From Vulcanimicrobiota bacterium (lineage in GTDB: Bacteria > Vulcanimicrobiota > Vulcanimicrobiia > Vulcanimicrobiales > Vulcanimicrobiaceae), in contig OY968762.1 in the NCBI GenBank assembly GCA_963695225.1, positions 2,915,521-2,979,520 of the forward strand: 64,000 nt of DNA, written 5' to 3'. The position numbers were made by a program, and so were the translations under genes. Below are positions 51,678-61,663 of this stretch, piece after piece. The notes below the pieces were generated by a model. That model searched no databases. It saw only the letters and a list, made by a program, of their open reading frames with translations, and was not told the origin of the DNA. Position 1 is the first letter of the stretch; each line of letters opens with the position of its first letter.

Positions 51678-51900
51678 CGGGGGAGCGGAAACAGTCAAGC
51701 TCCACGCACCCTCTCTCCTGCCTGCTGTTGTTACGCTGCCGTAACACCACTGCAATAACTCCGTCATGAAACGGTGCTAGAGTCCATCCGTATCAGCACG
51801 GACCACGGATGCTCTAGGTCGTTCCAGCTTTGTTCTATGGCGTGGCACGGCGAGTCTAAGCCGGTCTCGTGATGGTCTCGCTCATGTCAGGGAGGCTCTG

Positions 51901-52641
51901 ATGCTCGGCCGCCTTACCCACTTCGTAAGTACTAGCTCCACTAACGGACACGCCGCGGAACCATCGGCGGAGGGAGCCGATCCCTACATCGCTGCGCGCG
52001 ACCACGCATTCGACGAAGCCGCGCGCGAGCGCAAGACGGCTCGATCGTGGCGACGTCTTGCTACGGCGTCTCTCGTCGTCTCGCTCGGACTACTTGCAAA
52101 CAATGTCGTGACGACCGCCAAGCTGCGAGGCCCGGCGGAGGCGCTCGTGCTGACGCAGGACGATCGCGGAGCGATGCGTTTGCTGGGCCGCGCCGGCGAA
52201 GCTCCTGTTCCCTCGGACGTCGCACTGCAAGCCGGCGTGCGCACGTGGCTCGAGGACGTGCGCAGCATCCCCGGCATCAACTATGCGCTCGCGCGGGAGC
52301 AAAAGAACACAGTGCTCGCGATGACGGATGCGAACGCGCCCATTCGGGCCGAGGTTGACGCGTGCGCCGCGAACGCCGCGAAGCTGGGCAAGTACGAGAT
52401 TCGTGCGGTGTCGAGCGTCGACGTGACGCCGCTGCCGGTCTCAGCTGGGGCTCCAGCGCGCACGTATATCGTGCGCTGGGCCGAGCAAACCACGACGACC
52501 GCCGGCGTGACGACTGCGCAGCACTCAGGGCAGGTCACGATCGCGAACAGCGCGGCGATACCGACCGATCCGCAGGTGGCGGTGTTGAATCCCGCAGGCG
52601 TCTACGTCGAGCAAAAAGCGCTCGATGTTCCGTTGTGCTGA
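51901..52641 (+). CDS. T4SS VirB8/TrbF-like protein
   Basis: DPYIAAR...WR + TM; WLEDVRSI, YIVRWAE, NPAGVYV. Confidence 0.85.
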   Translation: MLGRLTHFVSTSSTNGHAAEPSAEGADPYIAARDHAFDEAARERKTARSWRRLATASLVVSLGLLANNVVTTAKLRGPAEALVLTQDDRGAMRLLGRAGEAPVPSDVALQAGVRTWLEDVRSIPGINYALAREQKNTVLAMTDANAPIRAEVDACAANAAKLGKYEIRAVSSVDVTPLPVSAGAPARTYIVRWAEQTTTTAGVTTAQHSGQVTIANSAAIPTDPQVAVLNPAGVYVEQKALDVPLC

Positions 52642-52648
52642 GGCGACG

Positions 52649-53536
52649 ATGAAGAAGAAGGTGCTGGCGTTCGCCGCGACTCTTGGCGTGGTTTCGTCCT
52701 CGGCCCTTGCGGATGATGCACGGTGGATCTCTGTTTCGTACCGCGACCGCACACAGGTGACGATCAGTTGCGGCGCCGGTGTGATGTGTGAAGTCACGCT
52801 CGAGCGCGGGGAGCGTCTCCTTGGCGGCGAGTTCGTCGGCGAGACGCTTTCGTCGAGCGCTAATGGTGCCACCGAAACCGGACAATACGAGCTTTGGAAC
52901 CACTCATCGATGTACGAGGGCGAAGGCGTGCAGCAGACGCCGCACCTGACCTTCGTTGCCTCGAAGCCAGGACTGACGGCCGATGCCGTCATCACCACGA
53001 GCCGGCGGGTGTATCGAATCGAGTTGCACAGCATGGCCTCTCTGCGGCCGACGTACGTTCGCTTTGAGTATCCTCAGGCCGTCGCGATGCGCCCGCGATC
53101 GCGATCGAATGTGACGGTCGAGCCGCCGCGGACGATCGCCGAACAGATGGACCGCGCGTGCGCGACCATGCCGGCGAACGAGGGCTACGGGACCGATGCG
53201 CAGCCCGTCCAGTGGCGACCGATGCGCGTATGCCATTCCTCCTCACGAACGTTCGTGCAGCTTCCTTCAAGCGCGACCGTACCCGTGGACGTGCCGATCC
53301 CATTTCTGGCGACGCCCAGTGGCGATCAAAGCGTCGTCTGGCAATATGATTCGCGCTCGCGCATCTACGGGATCGACCTCGTCGCCGATGAGTTTGCATT
53401 GACGCTGGGGAGCGGGAAGCATCAGACGCGGATGCGCGTGCAGCGCCAGGTCTTTCCGGCGCTTGGCGCGACACCTGCCCCTTCAGTCGGTATTGTGCAG
53501 CCCTCGCCGGAGCCGACGAGGTACTCAGAGCGATGA
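52649..53536 (+). CDS. T4SS VirB9/TrbG-like protein
   Basis: Signal peptide; V.LERGE, ITTSRRVYRIEL, WRP.RV.....TFVQLP. Confidence 0.82.
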   Translation: MKKKVLAFAATLGVVSSSALADDARWISVSYRDRTQVTISCGAGVMCEVTLERGERLLGGEFVGETLSSSANGATETGQYELWNHSSMYEGEGVQQTPHLTFVASKPGLTADAVITTSRRVYRIELHSMASLRPTYVRFEYPQAVAMRPRSRSNVTVEPPRTIAEQMDRACATMPANEGYGTDAQPVQWRPMRVCHSSSRTFVQLPSSATVPVDVPIPFLATPSGDQSVVWQYDSRSRIYGIDLVADEFALTLGSGKHQTRMRVQRQVFPALGATPAPSVGIVQPSPEPTRYSER

Positions 53537-54567
53537 CGGATCCTGGTTACCGCGGCACGGGGCGTTGGGCCATCATGACAGCCGGCGTCGTTGGTTTCGG
53601 CCTGGTAGCCTTCGCATTTGGTTCGTGTGCAAGTGCGCTGATCGGCGCGGCGCATGGCGCGTCAAGCGTGGCGCGACTCGACGAGAAGCCGCTGCATCCC
53701 GTCTCGGCCTACAATCCCGACCAGCAGCAAGTCCCCTTCGCGGAAGCGACGCCGTTTCCGACGCCCGTATCGGCACGTCCGCCGACGATTGCCGCCGTTG
53801 CACGTGCTGTGTCCGCTGTGAACCTGGTGCCATCGAGGACGATAGCTTCGAGCGCGGCTGCGACCGCAGCTCCGGTCGCGGTCCGACGTCCTACGACGCT
53901 GACGTTCGCGCCGCCCAACGAGCGAGACCAGGCTCAAAACGCGCAGGCGCGCGAGGATCTCGCCGTTGCACCGGCGCCGGCGACTGGGGCCTACGTGCAG
54001 CCGGCGCGGTACGAGCTCGGCGAGCAAGATTTCATTACGGTCAGGCTCACGACGAACGTCGACTCCTCGACGCCCGGCGCTGTCCTTGGCGTCGTGACCG
54101 TACCGGCATACGACTCGACGACTCACGCGACGGTGCTCATCCCCGCCGGCACGATGCTGAAAGGCGATGACTACAACGCGGTCGCGAGCAGCGCCGAAGG
54201 CGGCCGGCTCCTGATCGCCGCTCACGAACTGATCTTTCCGAACCAGGTTCGGTTCTTGCTTGGATCGCTAGCCGGCGCCGATCCCATGGGCGCTCCAGGC
54301 AACCCTGGCGACGTTAACACGCACCGCGGTCGCGCTTTCGGTCAGGCGGCGCTGTATTCGTTGCTCGGCGCGGCCACCACGGCGCTCGGGAACATCGGCA
54401 ACCACGGCACGTCGTTCGCCTTCGGCGCCTCGCAGCTCGGGCAGGTCTTATTTGAGAACGCCGAGGCACTGCGTCCGACCGTGACGTTGCCGGCCGGGAC
54501 GATCGTTCACGTCTATCCCTCGCAGCCTTTGGTCATGCGGCCGTATGCGGAGATTGCTCATGATTAG
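53533..54567 (+). CDS. T4SS VirB10/TrbI-like protein
   Basis: TM, Pro-rich linker, VDSSTPG, YDS....VLIPAGT, GADPMGAPG..GDVNTH, PTVTLPAG. Confidence 0.88.
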   Translation: MTDPGYRGTGRWAIMTAGVVGFGLVAFAFGSCASALIGAAHGASSVARLDEKPLHPVSAYNPDQQQVPFAEATPFPTPVSARPPTIAAVARAVSAVNLVPSRTIASSAAATAAPVAVRRPTTLTFAPPNERDQAQNAQAREDLAVAPAPATGAYVQPARYELGEQDFITVRLTTNVDSSTPGAVLGVVTVPAYDSTTHATVLIPAGTMLKGDDYNAVASSAEGGRLLIAAHELIFPNQVRFLLGSLAGADPMGAPGNPGDVNTHRGRAFGQAALYSLLGAATTALGNIGNHGTSFAFGASQLGQVLFENAEALRPTVTLPAGTIVHVYPSQPLVMRPYAEIAHD

Positions 54568-55108
54568 CGCGCCGGTCCTGGCCGTGCTGCTCGAACGTTG
54601 CGCGCCGCGCATGGATCGCACCGTTGCTGCGAGCATCGTTGCCGTCGAGTCGCTCGGCGACGCGTGGGCAATTCACGACGACTTGACGCGCCGGTCGTAT
54701 CATCCGCCCACCTACTCCCGAGCGGTGACGCTCGCGCACGAGCTGCTCGAGCAAGGGCACAGCATCGACCTCGGTCTGGCCCAGGTGAACTCGGTGCATC
54801 TCGGCGCTCCCGTGGTCTCAGTCGAAGCAATGCTCCGACCCTGCGCGAACCTGAGTGCCGGCGCCGCGATCTATGCTCGAGCGCTCGCCGTATCGGGTGA
54901 CGTGCGGGGTGCCCTCGTCGCGTACAACGGAGCCGGCGCGACGTCGCAGGCGTATGCCGATCGTGTGCTCGAGGCGCGCTCTTCGCCGTTCGTTGCCGAC
55001 GTTCTCGCCGGCGGATCGCCGTCTCGTCGTGCGTCGATTGTCCTTGCACAGGCTCGGCCGATCGTTGTCCGTCGCGCCGTGCAGTTCATCGCAGAGGCCA
55101 AGCCGTGA
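54560..55108 (+). CDS. VirB1-like lytic transglycosylase
   Basis: CAP......SIVAVES, SIDLGLAQVNS, PCANL, AYNG. Confidence 0.9.
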   Translation: MISAPVLAVLLERCAPRMDRTVAASIVAVESLGDAWAIHDDLTRRSYHPPTYSRAVTLAHELLEQGHSIDLGLAQVNSVHLGAPVVSVEAMLRPCANLSAGAAIYARALAVSGDVRGALVAYNGAGATSQAYADRVLEARSSPFVADVLAGGSPSRRASIVLAQARPIVVRRAVQFIAEAKP

Positions 55109-55692
55109 AGCGGGGGTGGCGCGAGGTGTATCTCGTCTTCGTGACGCTCGGCCTCTTCGGGCTGTATCTGTTCGCGAGCGCCAAATTCGGATGGCCGACC
55201 GTCATCACGATCGTCGGCTCGTCGTTGCCCGATGGTATCGCCTGGTTTGAGCCCGGCGTGGACGTTGCTCGCGGTCAGATAGCGCAGGAATGTTTGCCGC
55301 CCGCACTCGCGGCGTATGCGCTCGAGCATCGCATCGTGCCGAAATGGAATAATTCGCCCTGTCCCGGCCAGGCCATGATGCTTGGCAAGATCGTCGCCGC
55401 GGTCGCCGGGGATGAGGTCGCCGTATCGGCCTCCGGCGTCAGCGTGAACGGACGCCTTTGGCCGATGTCAACAATCAAGAAAGTCGATGCTCACGGCTAT
55501 CGCATCGACTTGCGTCTCCCTGACGGTGCATTCCGCGTGCCGCGCGGCGGGGTGTTGCTCTTGGGCTTGTCGCCGGACAGTTGGGACGGACGCTATTGGG
55601 GACCGGTTCCGCTGTCGTCAATTCGCGGACGCATCATTCCCATCGTCACGAACGCGGGATTTTTCTGGAAGCCGCACTTGGAGGATCGTTAG
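55105..55692 (+). CDS. S26 conjugative pilin-processing peptidase (TraF-like)
   Basis: SSLPDG, GKIVAAVAGD, DSWDGRYWGP. Confidence 0.85.
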   Translation: MKRGWREVYLVFVTLGLFGLYLFASAKFGWPTVITIVGSSLPDGIAWFEPGVDVARGQIAQECLPPALAAYALEHRIVPKWNNSPCPGQAMMLGKIVAAVAGDEVAVSASGVSVNGRLWPMSTIKKVDAHGYRIDLRLPDGAFRVPRGGVLLLGLSPDSWDGRYWGPVPLSSIRGRIIPIVTNAGFFWKPHLEDR

Positions 55693-55693
55693 C

Positions 55694-55972
55694 ATGACTT
55701 TCTCTTTCGTCCCGCTGCTCGCGGTCACGGGTAGCTTGCCCTCTTGGCTCTCGTTCCTCACACCGATCATCACGGGCTGCGAGTGGGGCGCCTGCGCGAT
55801 CGGCCTATGCGGTGCGGTCGTCTCGCTTGGCCTCGCCGGCGCGCATTGGCTGCAGCACCGACACGATTGGGGGTCGCTGTTCCTGGGTGTGCTCGGCGCG
55901 CTTGCCGGCTGTGGGTTCGCGGGTGGAGCGGTTGCGATCGGCACGGCCCTCGCCGCGACGGTCGCCTTCTGA
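55694..55972 (+). CDS. VirB2/TrbC-like pilin
   Basis: 92 aa, two hydrophobic helices, directly before virB3/virB4-like genes. Confidence 0.6.
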   Translation: MTFSFVPLLAVTGSLPSWLSFLTPIITGCEWGACAIGLCGAVVSLGLAGAHWLQHRHDWGSLFLGVLGALAGCGFAGGAVAIGTALAATVAF

Positions 55973-56259
55973 TGAGCGAACGGCCTTGGTCGCACGCGAT
56001 CAATAAGGCGGCTTGGAAGCGTCGGCACAAGTTCGGCATTGATGGGCGCCTGCTCATCGGAGTCGTCTGTCCGCTGCTCCTTCTCGGCGGCTTTGGTTTT
56101 TCGCTCGGGCGGCTGGTGATGATCGTCTTCGTCCTGCTTGCTGCAGCCGTGTGGTTTGCCGGCAAGCTGCAGTGGGAGCACGATCCCTGGCTCATCGACA
56201 AGCTCCTGATCGAGATGCGCCTTCCGCGTTGGGGACCGGCTACGAAGGAGCGCCGCTGA
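55972..56259 (+). CDS. VirB3/TrbD-like protein
   Basis: HAINKA....KFGID, two TM segments, DPW. Confidence 0.75.
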   Translation: MSERPWSHAINKAAWKRRHKFGIDGRLLIGVVCPLLLLGGFGFSLGRLVMIVFVLLAAAVWFAGKLQWEHDPWLIDKLLIEMRLPRWGPATKERR

Positions 56260-58835
56260 TGTTCGAAGGCCTCGCCGGTCTGGTCGCCGGCGCCAGCTCG
56301 CTCGCCGCCGTCTCGCTCGTTCCGGAGCTCCTCGCGCGCGGCGATACCTTACCGAAGCAGCGGCGAGAGGGCGTCGGCCTCGCGGACTTTCTGCCGTATC
56401 GGCGCTTTGCGCGCGCCGACGTCATCCGCTGCGAGTCATGCCTCCTCGCCGCCTGGCGCGTCGCGGCGCCACCGACCGACGTTCTGGCGCCGGCGACGAT
56501 CGTCAACACGTCCTATCAAGTGGCGGCGACCCTCGGCCTCTTTGGGTCCGGTGCCGTTGGGCAGTTCTACTTTGTCCGCAGCCCCTTCCGCGAATACGAC
56601 CGCGGGCTGAGCCGGAGCGATCATCCGGTGCTCGAGCTGCTCGACGACTTGCGCGAGGACTACTTCTTGCGGCGGGCGCCCGTCCTCGACTCTGAACGCT
56701 TCTTCGCGCTTTCGTGGGCGCCGCCCAATCAGGTCGTCGAGAGTCTTCGCGCCGCGACGTCGTCGGGTCTTGCTGCGCGACATCGATCGGAAGAAGACAT
56801 GCTCGCCGAGTTCGAGTCGCTTTGCCGGCGGATCGAGGCGAGCCTCCGCGTCGGGCTTTCCGTCGTCGAGCGCCTCGGCGAGACAATCGTCGATGGCCGC
56901 CGGCAGTCGGATCTCCTGCGCTTCCTCGCGCGCACCGTTTCGGGTCGTGATCATCCGATGGCGGTCCCGCCGCCGACGGTGCGCCTCAACGAGCTGCTCG
57001 CTCGCGACTTCCGCTTCGGCTGGGATGTGCGAATCGGCGACGATGAGCTCGGCATCGTCGAGCTGCTCACGCCTCCTGACTTCGCCGCGCCGCAGCTCCT
57101 CGAGCGGCTCACGCAGCTCACGGTGCCGCACGCACTCGCTGTTCGCGTCGTCGGCATGTCGCTTTCAGAGTCCCTTCGCGTGCTCGAAGACGGCGTCGCG
57201 GACTTCCGAGGTGCGGCCGACTTTCACGCGAGCCTCACGAACCCGGCCGAGCTCCGCGCGGCGGAGCAAATGAGCGAGGCGTTCGGGCAAGCCGGCGACG
57301 AGTACCAGCGCGTCGGGCGGACGTCGACGGCAGTCGTCGTGCGAGGGAAGACGCGCGCCGAGGTCAGCGGCGCAGCGCAGGCGATCGTGGATGCCCTCGC
57401 CGCGTGCGGCTTCTCGGCGACGATCGCCAAAGCCGAAGCCGCCGACGCCTGGCTTGCGACCCTCCCCGGGCAGCGCCGCTACGGGATGCGCACCCATCCG
57501 ATCGACGCCCTGACGACCGCAAAGGCGCTCCTGCCCTTGCACGAGCAGGCGAAGGGGCCGCGCCACAACGACTCGGAGTCCTTCCCCGCCGAACTCGACG
57601 TTCCGTGCGTCTCGTACGGATTGACTCGCGGCAATTCACCGCGTCGGCTTCATCTCAACGTTGCCGACGTCTTCCACGGCATCTCCTGCGGTCGCACTCG
57701 TTCGGGAAAGAGCGTGCGCACTTCGTATCTCGCGGGCATGTTCCGCGGACGCCTGCCGCTCGCATCGGTGACGTTGATCGATCGCGGGCTCTCGGCGAGG
57801 CCCACCTGCCTCATGCTCGACGGGACCTGCTACGACGTGCTCGGTGCCAACTCGCCGGGCTTCGCCCTCTTCGCCGACGCTCATCGCGAAGACGACGAGG
57901 CGCGCGAACTCCTCACGATCCTCGAAGAGATGTGCGAGCTGCAAGGCGTCGCCGTCACGCCGCTCCGCCGCGTCGCGCTCCTCGAGGCAATCCGCACCGT
58001 CGCGTCATGGCCGCAGAGAGAGCGGAACCTCTTCGCCTTTGCCGAGATTCTCGGCGGGGGCGACGACGGCTATGTGCTCAAGCCGGCGATTGCCGCCTAC
58101 GGCCCGGAGGGCGTGCTCGGCGACCTGTTCGATCGGGCGCAGGACTCGTTCGAAACCAACCGCTTCAACGTCATCGACATTGCCCACGTCTCGAGCCTGG
58201 GAGCGAAGTTCCTGATCCCAGTGCTGCGCGTCATCTTCTGGCGGCTCGGCGCCCATGAGCGACGGCTCAAGCGCGAGCTCGGCGACGACCTGCACTCCCT
58301 CTATTTCGTCGACGAGGCGCACGCGGTCCTGAGGCATCCGATCGGCGCGACATGGGTCCTCGAGCAGCAAAAGGAGGGGCGCAAGCACAACCGCGGCCTC
58401 TGGCTGGTCTCCAATTCCGTCGAGGACTTCGCCAGCGTGCCGCGGCTCGACGACTTGCTCAAAGCCTCGCAGCTCCGCATGTATGCCCACGATCCCGGCG
58501 CTCTCGACCCGGCGACGTCCGCGTTTTACGCGCAGCTGGGGCTACCGCGCCAGGGAATCGAGATGCTGCCCACGATCGGGGAGCGCGCAATCGTTCTGCA
58601 CGCGCCCGAGGCGGACACCCTCTGCGAAGTCGATCTGCGGCTCGACGAGGATGTCCTGGCCGTGCTTGGCTCGAGTCGAACGAACGCGCTCGTGGATCGA
58701 TTCCGCGAGCTCTATCCGGTCGAGCGCTACGGACCGCAGCGGTGGAAGGTCGAGATGCTGCGCGCGAACCCGTCACAGCTCGTGCGCGCAGCTGCGGCGC
58801 GATTCGAAACGATTCTGCACAAGAAGGAGAGATGA
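56259..58835 (+). CDS. VirB4/TrbE-like ATPase
   Basis: GLADFLPY, GRTRSGKS, IDRGLS, FVDEAH, GRKHN. Confidence 0.9.
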   Translation: MFEGLAGLVAGASSLAAVSLVPELLARGDTLPKQRREGVGLADFLPYRRFARADVIRCESCLLAAWRVAAPPTDVLAPATIVNTSYQVAATLGLFGSGAVGQFYFVRSPFREYDRGLSRSDHPVLELLDDLREDYFLRRAPVLDSERFFALSWAPPNQVVESLRAATSSGLAARHRSEEDMLAEFESLCRRIEASLRVGLSVVERLGETIVDGRRQSDLLRFLARTVSGRDHPMAVPPPTVRLNELLARDFRFGWDVRIGDDELGIVELLTPPDFAAPQLLERLTQLTVPHALAVRVVGMSLSESLRVLEDGVADFRGAADFHASLTNPAELRAAEQMSEAFGQAGDEYQRVGRTSTAVVVRGKTRAEVSGAAQAIVDALAACGFSATIAKAEAADAWLATLPGQRRYGMRTHPIDALTTAKALLPLHEQAKGPRHNDSESFPAELDVPCVSYGLTRGNSPRRLHLNVADVFHGISCGRTRSGKSVRTSYLAGMFRGRLPLASVTLIDRGLSARPTCLMLDGTCYDVLGANSPGFALFADAHREDDEARELLTILEEMCELQGVAVTPLRRVALLEAIRTVASWPQRERNLFAFAEILGGGDDGYVLKPAIAAYGPEGVLGDLFDRAQDSFETNRFNVIDIAHVSSLGAKFLIPVLRVIFWRLGAHERRLKRELGDDLHSLYFVDEAHAVLRHPIGATWVLEQQKEGRKHNRGLWLVSNSVEDFASVPRLDDLLKASQLRMYAHDPGALDPATSAFYAQLGLPRQGIEMLPTIGERAIVLHAPEADTLCEVDLRLDEDVLAVLGSSRTNALVDRFRELYPVERYGPQRWKVEMLRANPSQLVRAAAARFETILHKKER

Positions 58836-59404
58836 CTATGCGTCTACGCAGAGCCTACGCGATCGCAGGCCTGGCGGGTCTCACTCTAAGCCTGGCGGTG
58901 CCCGCGTCGGCGGACCTTCTGACTATCCCAAGCATGATTCCAGACATCTGCGTCTTCGGCCACTGCATCCAATTCACGCAGTCGACGGCTCTGGCGTCAG
59001 TTCAGCAGGTGATCGGGCAGATCCAGCAGCTCAAGAACGAGGCGCAGAACCTCGCGACCTTGCCTCGCTCGTATCAGGATGCCGAGGGCGACCTCAACGC
59101 GATCCTCGGCACCGGAAAGAGCATCGCGAAAGAGATCGCGGCAACCACGGCAGCCCAAGGTATCTCTGACCAGGCGGAGCAGGATGCCGCTGAAGCCGCG
59201 CGCCTTAACGGACTCGCGAACGTCGCCAACGGCGAGCAGCAGGAAGCGATTGCGACCAATAGCTACCTCTCGCAACTGAATGAGACTGCGCAAAAGCAGC
59301 TGCTCCTTTCAAGCGCGCAGCAGACGCAGGCCGCCACAACCATGAACGACCTCGTTCAAGCCGCTCACTCTCTTTCGCTGCCCTACGATGGGCCGGAGCC
59401 GTAA
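58832..59404 (+). CDS. VirB5/TrbJ-like protein
   Basis: Signal peptide; QIQQLKNEAQNLATLP; Gln-rich coiled coil. Confidence 0.75.
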   Translation: MTMRLRRAYAIAGLAGLTLSLAVPASADLLTIPSMIPDICVFGHCIQFTQSTALASVQQVIGQIQQLKNEAQNLATLPRSYQDAEGDLNAILGTGKSIAKEIAATTAAQGISDQAEQDAAEAARLNGLANVANGEQQEAIATNSYLSQLNETAQKQLLLSSAQQTQAATTMNDLVQAAHSLSLPYDGPEP

Positions 59405-59407
59405 ACC

Positions 59408-59650
59408 ATGACGAATACGTGGCGCACTATCCTCTGGGCCACAGCCACCGTGACCGCGTGCATTGGAACTGCAGCCACCGTGCACAACGCCGACGAGGCT
59501 CGCATGGCCGCCCTAACGGCGAAAGTGTCTGTGCTCACCTCTCAGTGTGACGCGATTCGGCAAAGGCAAGCCCAGGACGCGGCGACGATGCGGCATCTCG
59601 TCGAAGCCGCGCACTCTCTCTCGCAGCCGTATCGCGGACCAGAGCCGTAA
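59408..59650 (+). CDS. small lipoprotein, TrbK-like entry exclusion candidate
   Basis: Lipobox-like VTAC (Cys18); C-terminal 20 aa nearly repeat those of upstream TrbJ-like protein; between virB5- and virB6-like genes. Confidence 0.65.
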   Translation: MTNTWRTILWATATVTACIGTAATVHNADEARMAALTAKVSVLTSQCDAIRQRQAQDAATMRHLVEAAHSLSQPYRGPEP

Positions 59651-59658
59651 GGCATCGC

Positions 59659-60651
59659 ATGCTGCTCGCGCAAACCACGACCATTCCGACTCCGCCCTTC
59701 GGCGGCTGGCTGAACGGATTCGTCGACCAGGTGACCGCCGATGTCAACCCGTGGCTTGCGAACGCCCAAATCATCATGCACGGTCTCTTCGCCGTGTTCC
59801 TCATCCTGGTAGTCGTCTTCGCCCTCGCGCGTCGCGCCGTGCAGGATCAGTCAATTGCCGGCTGGGGGCACGCGCTGCCCTTGATCCTGATGGACCTACT
59901 CCCGCCGTTTCTTATAGTCTACGCGGCGCCGACGTTCGTCCTAAACACGCTCTCCGTCGGCCTTGGCCTCGGCTCGTCCATTACCGGTTACGACATGACC
60001 GGGCCGTCGGCGATGGCAGGAGCATTCGAACAATGCATGCGGAGCATGTTGGCTGCGCCGTTCTCGCAGCTCGTCGGGACGATGACGCAGCCGCCGAGCT
60101 TCTCATGGCAATATCTCTCAGACCTAACGGCAGTACCCGCTATGGCGCAAGCCGGCCTGGCTGAAGAGATTGCCGCCTTTTTCCTCTGCGTGCTTTTCGT
60201 CTTACCGACCGCATGTGTGTGCACGCTGACGTTGGTTTTCGTGGAAGTCGACGCGCTCGTGGTTACGCCGTTTGCGCTAGTCTTGGTTGCCTTCTGCCTC
60301 GGCGGCGTCGGTGGGAGTCTCTGGGAGGGGGCGCTGCACACCTGGCTGCGCCGGGTCTTCCGCTTGGCGGTCGCGTTAGGCATTGCCGTCATAGCGGTGA
60401 TCGCTATCGGACATGTCAACGATGGCCTCGCGGCGCTCAACCCGCTCGACTACAAGACGACGCTCTACGGATGGCTCGTCGACGTGCTGGAAATCGTCGT
60501 CGTCGGCGGCCTCACGGCTGCTATCCCCTTTGCGCTGGACGCCGGCATTTCGGGTGCGTTCGCCTTTGGCGCTGGTGTCCCCAGGGTCAATATCTTCCGC
60601 GACGTCTACGGGGCGACGGCAAGGGTGCTCATGCGAAGGGTCGCGAGATGA
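59659..60651 (+). CDS. VirB6/TrbL-like polytopic membrane protein
   Basis: Multiple TM segments, position after virB5/eex. Confidence 0.7.
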   Translation: MLLAQTTTIPTPPFGGWLNGFVDQVTADVNPWLANAQIIMHGLFAVFLILVVVFALARRAVQDQSIAGWGHALPLILMDLLPPFLIVYAAPTFVLNTLSVGLGLGSSITGYDMTGPSAMAGAFEQCMRSMLAAPFSQLVGTMTQPPSFSWQYLSDLTAVPAMAQAGLAEEIAAFFLCVLFVLPTACVCTLTLVFVEVDALVVTPFALVLVAFCLGGVGGSLWEGALHTWLRRVFRLAVALGIAVIAVIAIGHVNDGLAALNPLDYKTTLYGWLVDVLEIVVVGGLTAAIPFALDAGISGAFAFGAGVPRVNIFRDVYGATARVLMRRVAR

Positions 60652-60824
60652 TGCGGTTCCTGGTCGAGTTTGTTCTGACGGTCCTCGAGGTGCGCGACGA
60701 GCGCAAGCGGCGTGAGGGGGCTAAGCGGCATCCAATGGACGATCCCGCCGTTCCCCGCGCGCCGGCCGACCCTCTGAGCCTGCCGACACGAGGCGATATT
60801 TTTGGCCGACGCATAGAGCCATAA
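60648..60824 (+). CDS. small hypothetical protein
   Basis: ATGA overlap with previous stop; 58 aa. Confidence 0.4.
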   Translation: MMRFLVEFVLTVLEVRDERKRREGAKRHPMDDPAVPRAPADPLSLPTRGDIFGRRIEP

Positions 60825-60836
60825 GAGAGGGACCTC

Positions 60837-61663
60837 ATGAGCGCTCCCGCAGATCGTTTCACCGCTGAAGGTTACCTTGACGCGCAACAGGTGCCCTCGT
60901 CGAGGGAGACGATCGCTGCCGGCGGCCCACGATTCATAAGGTACCGGCGTACGATCCCGTTCGTTTTGACGCGTGGTGCGGTTACGATCCGAGCGCTGAC
61001 GAGTACTTCGGTCGCGTTTGGGACGATCGCGGTTGGGTGTTTCGCGAGCAAACGACTGACCTGCAGGCGCTCCTGCGCGGCCTCCGGCAGTATGCGCACA
61101 TCCCGCCGGCGGCCGTGGAGGTTTTGCGCGCTGAGCGCGTGTGCCGCGACAACCTCCCGCTTTCCGGAAAAGAGGTTGATTGGACCGACCACGCCCGGCT
61201 GCGAGTCGGCCACGTGCTCGACGGGATCTCGCTCGATCGGCTCCCCGAGCTTGACCGGGAAGCCCTCGAGCGTCACATCACAGCCCTGCGAGCCATAGAG
61301 GGACACGGAATGCGGATCATCGGCACCTTCGACCATGACGCGCGGATGCGCACGTTAGGGGACGACGGCCGGGAATACGTGGTCGAGGCGAAGCGGTTCC
61401 CGCTGCTTGCGCAGTTCAATACCGATGGTCGGCTCGTCGACGCGGCGATCGTCTTCGACGTTGCCGGCGATGGAAAGACGCGCTACCTGGCACAGTACAT
61501 CGACGCCGCGCACATTCAGACGCTCTCGCAAGCCGGGAAGCTGCATCTCGAGCCCGGCTTCGAGCTCTCGCCGGCGACGCTCGGCCGGACGCAGGACCTT
61601 ACGCCGGAACCGGACGACGAGCTCTCGCAACGGCGCGCGCAAAGCCAAGGGCTGCGCCGGTGA
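60837..61663 (+). pseudogene. hypothetical protein split by a -1 frameshift near 60881-60935
   Basis: RBS+ATG at 60837; the frame of ORF 61037-61663 is open and protein-like back to TGA at 60878-60880. Confidence 0.55.
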
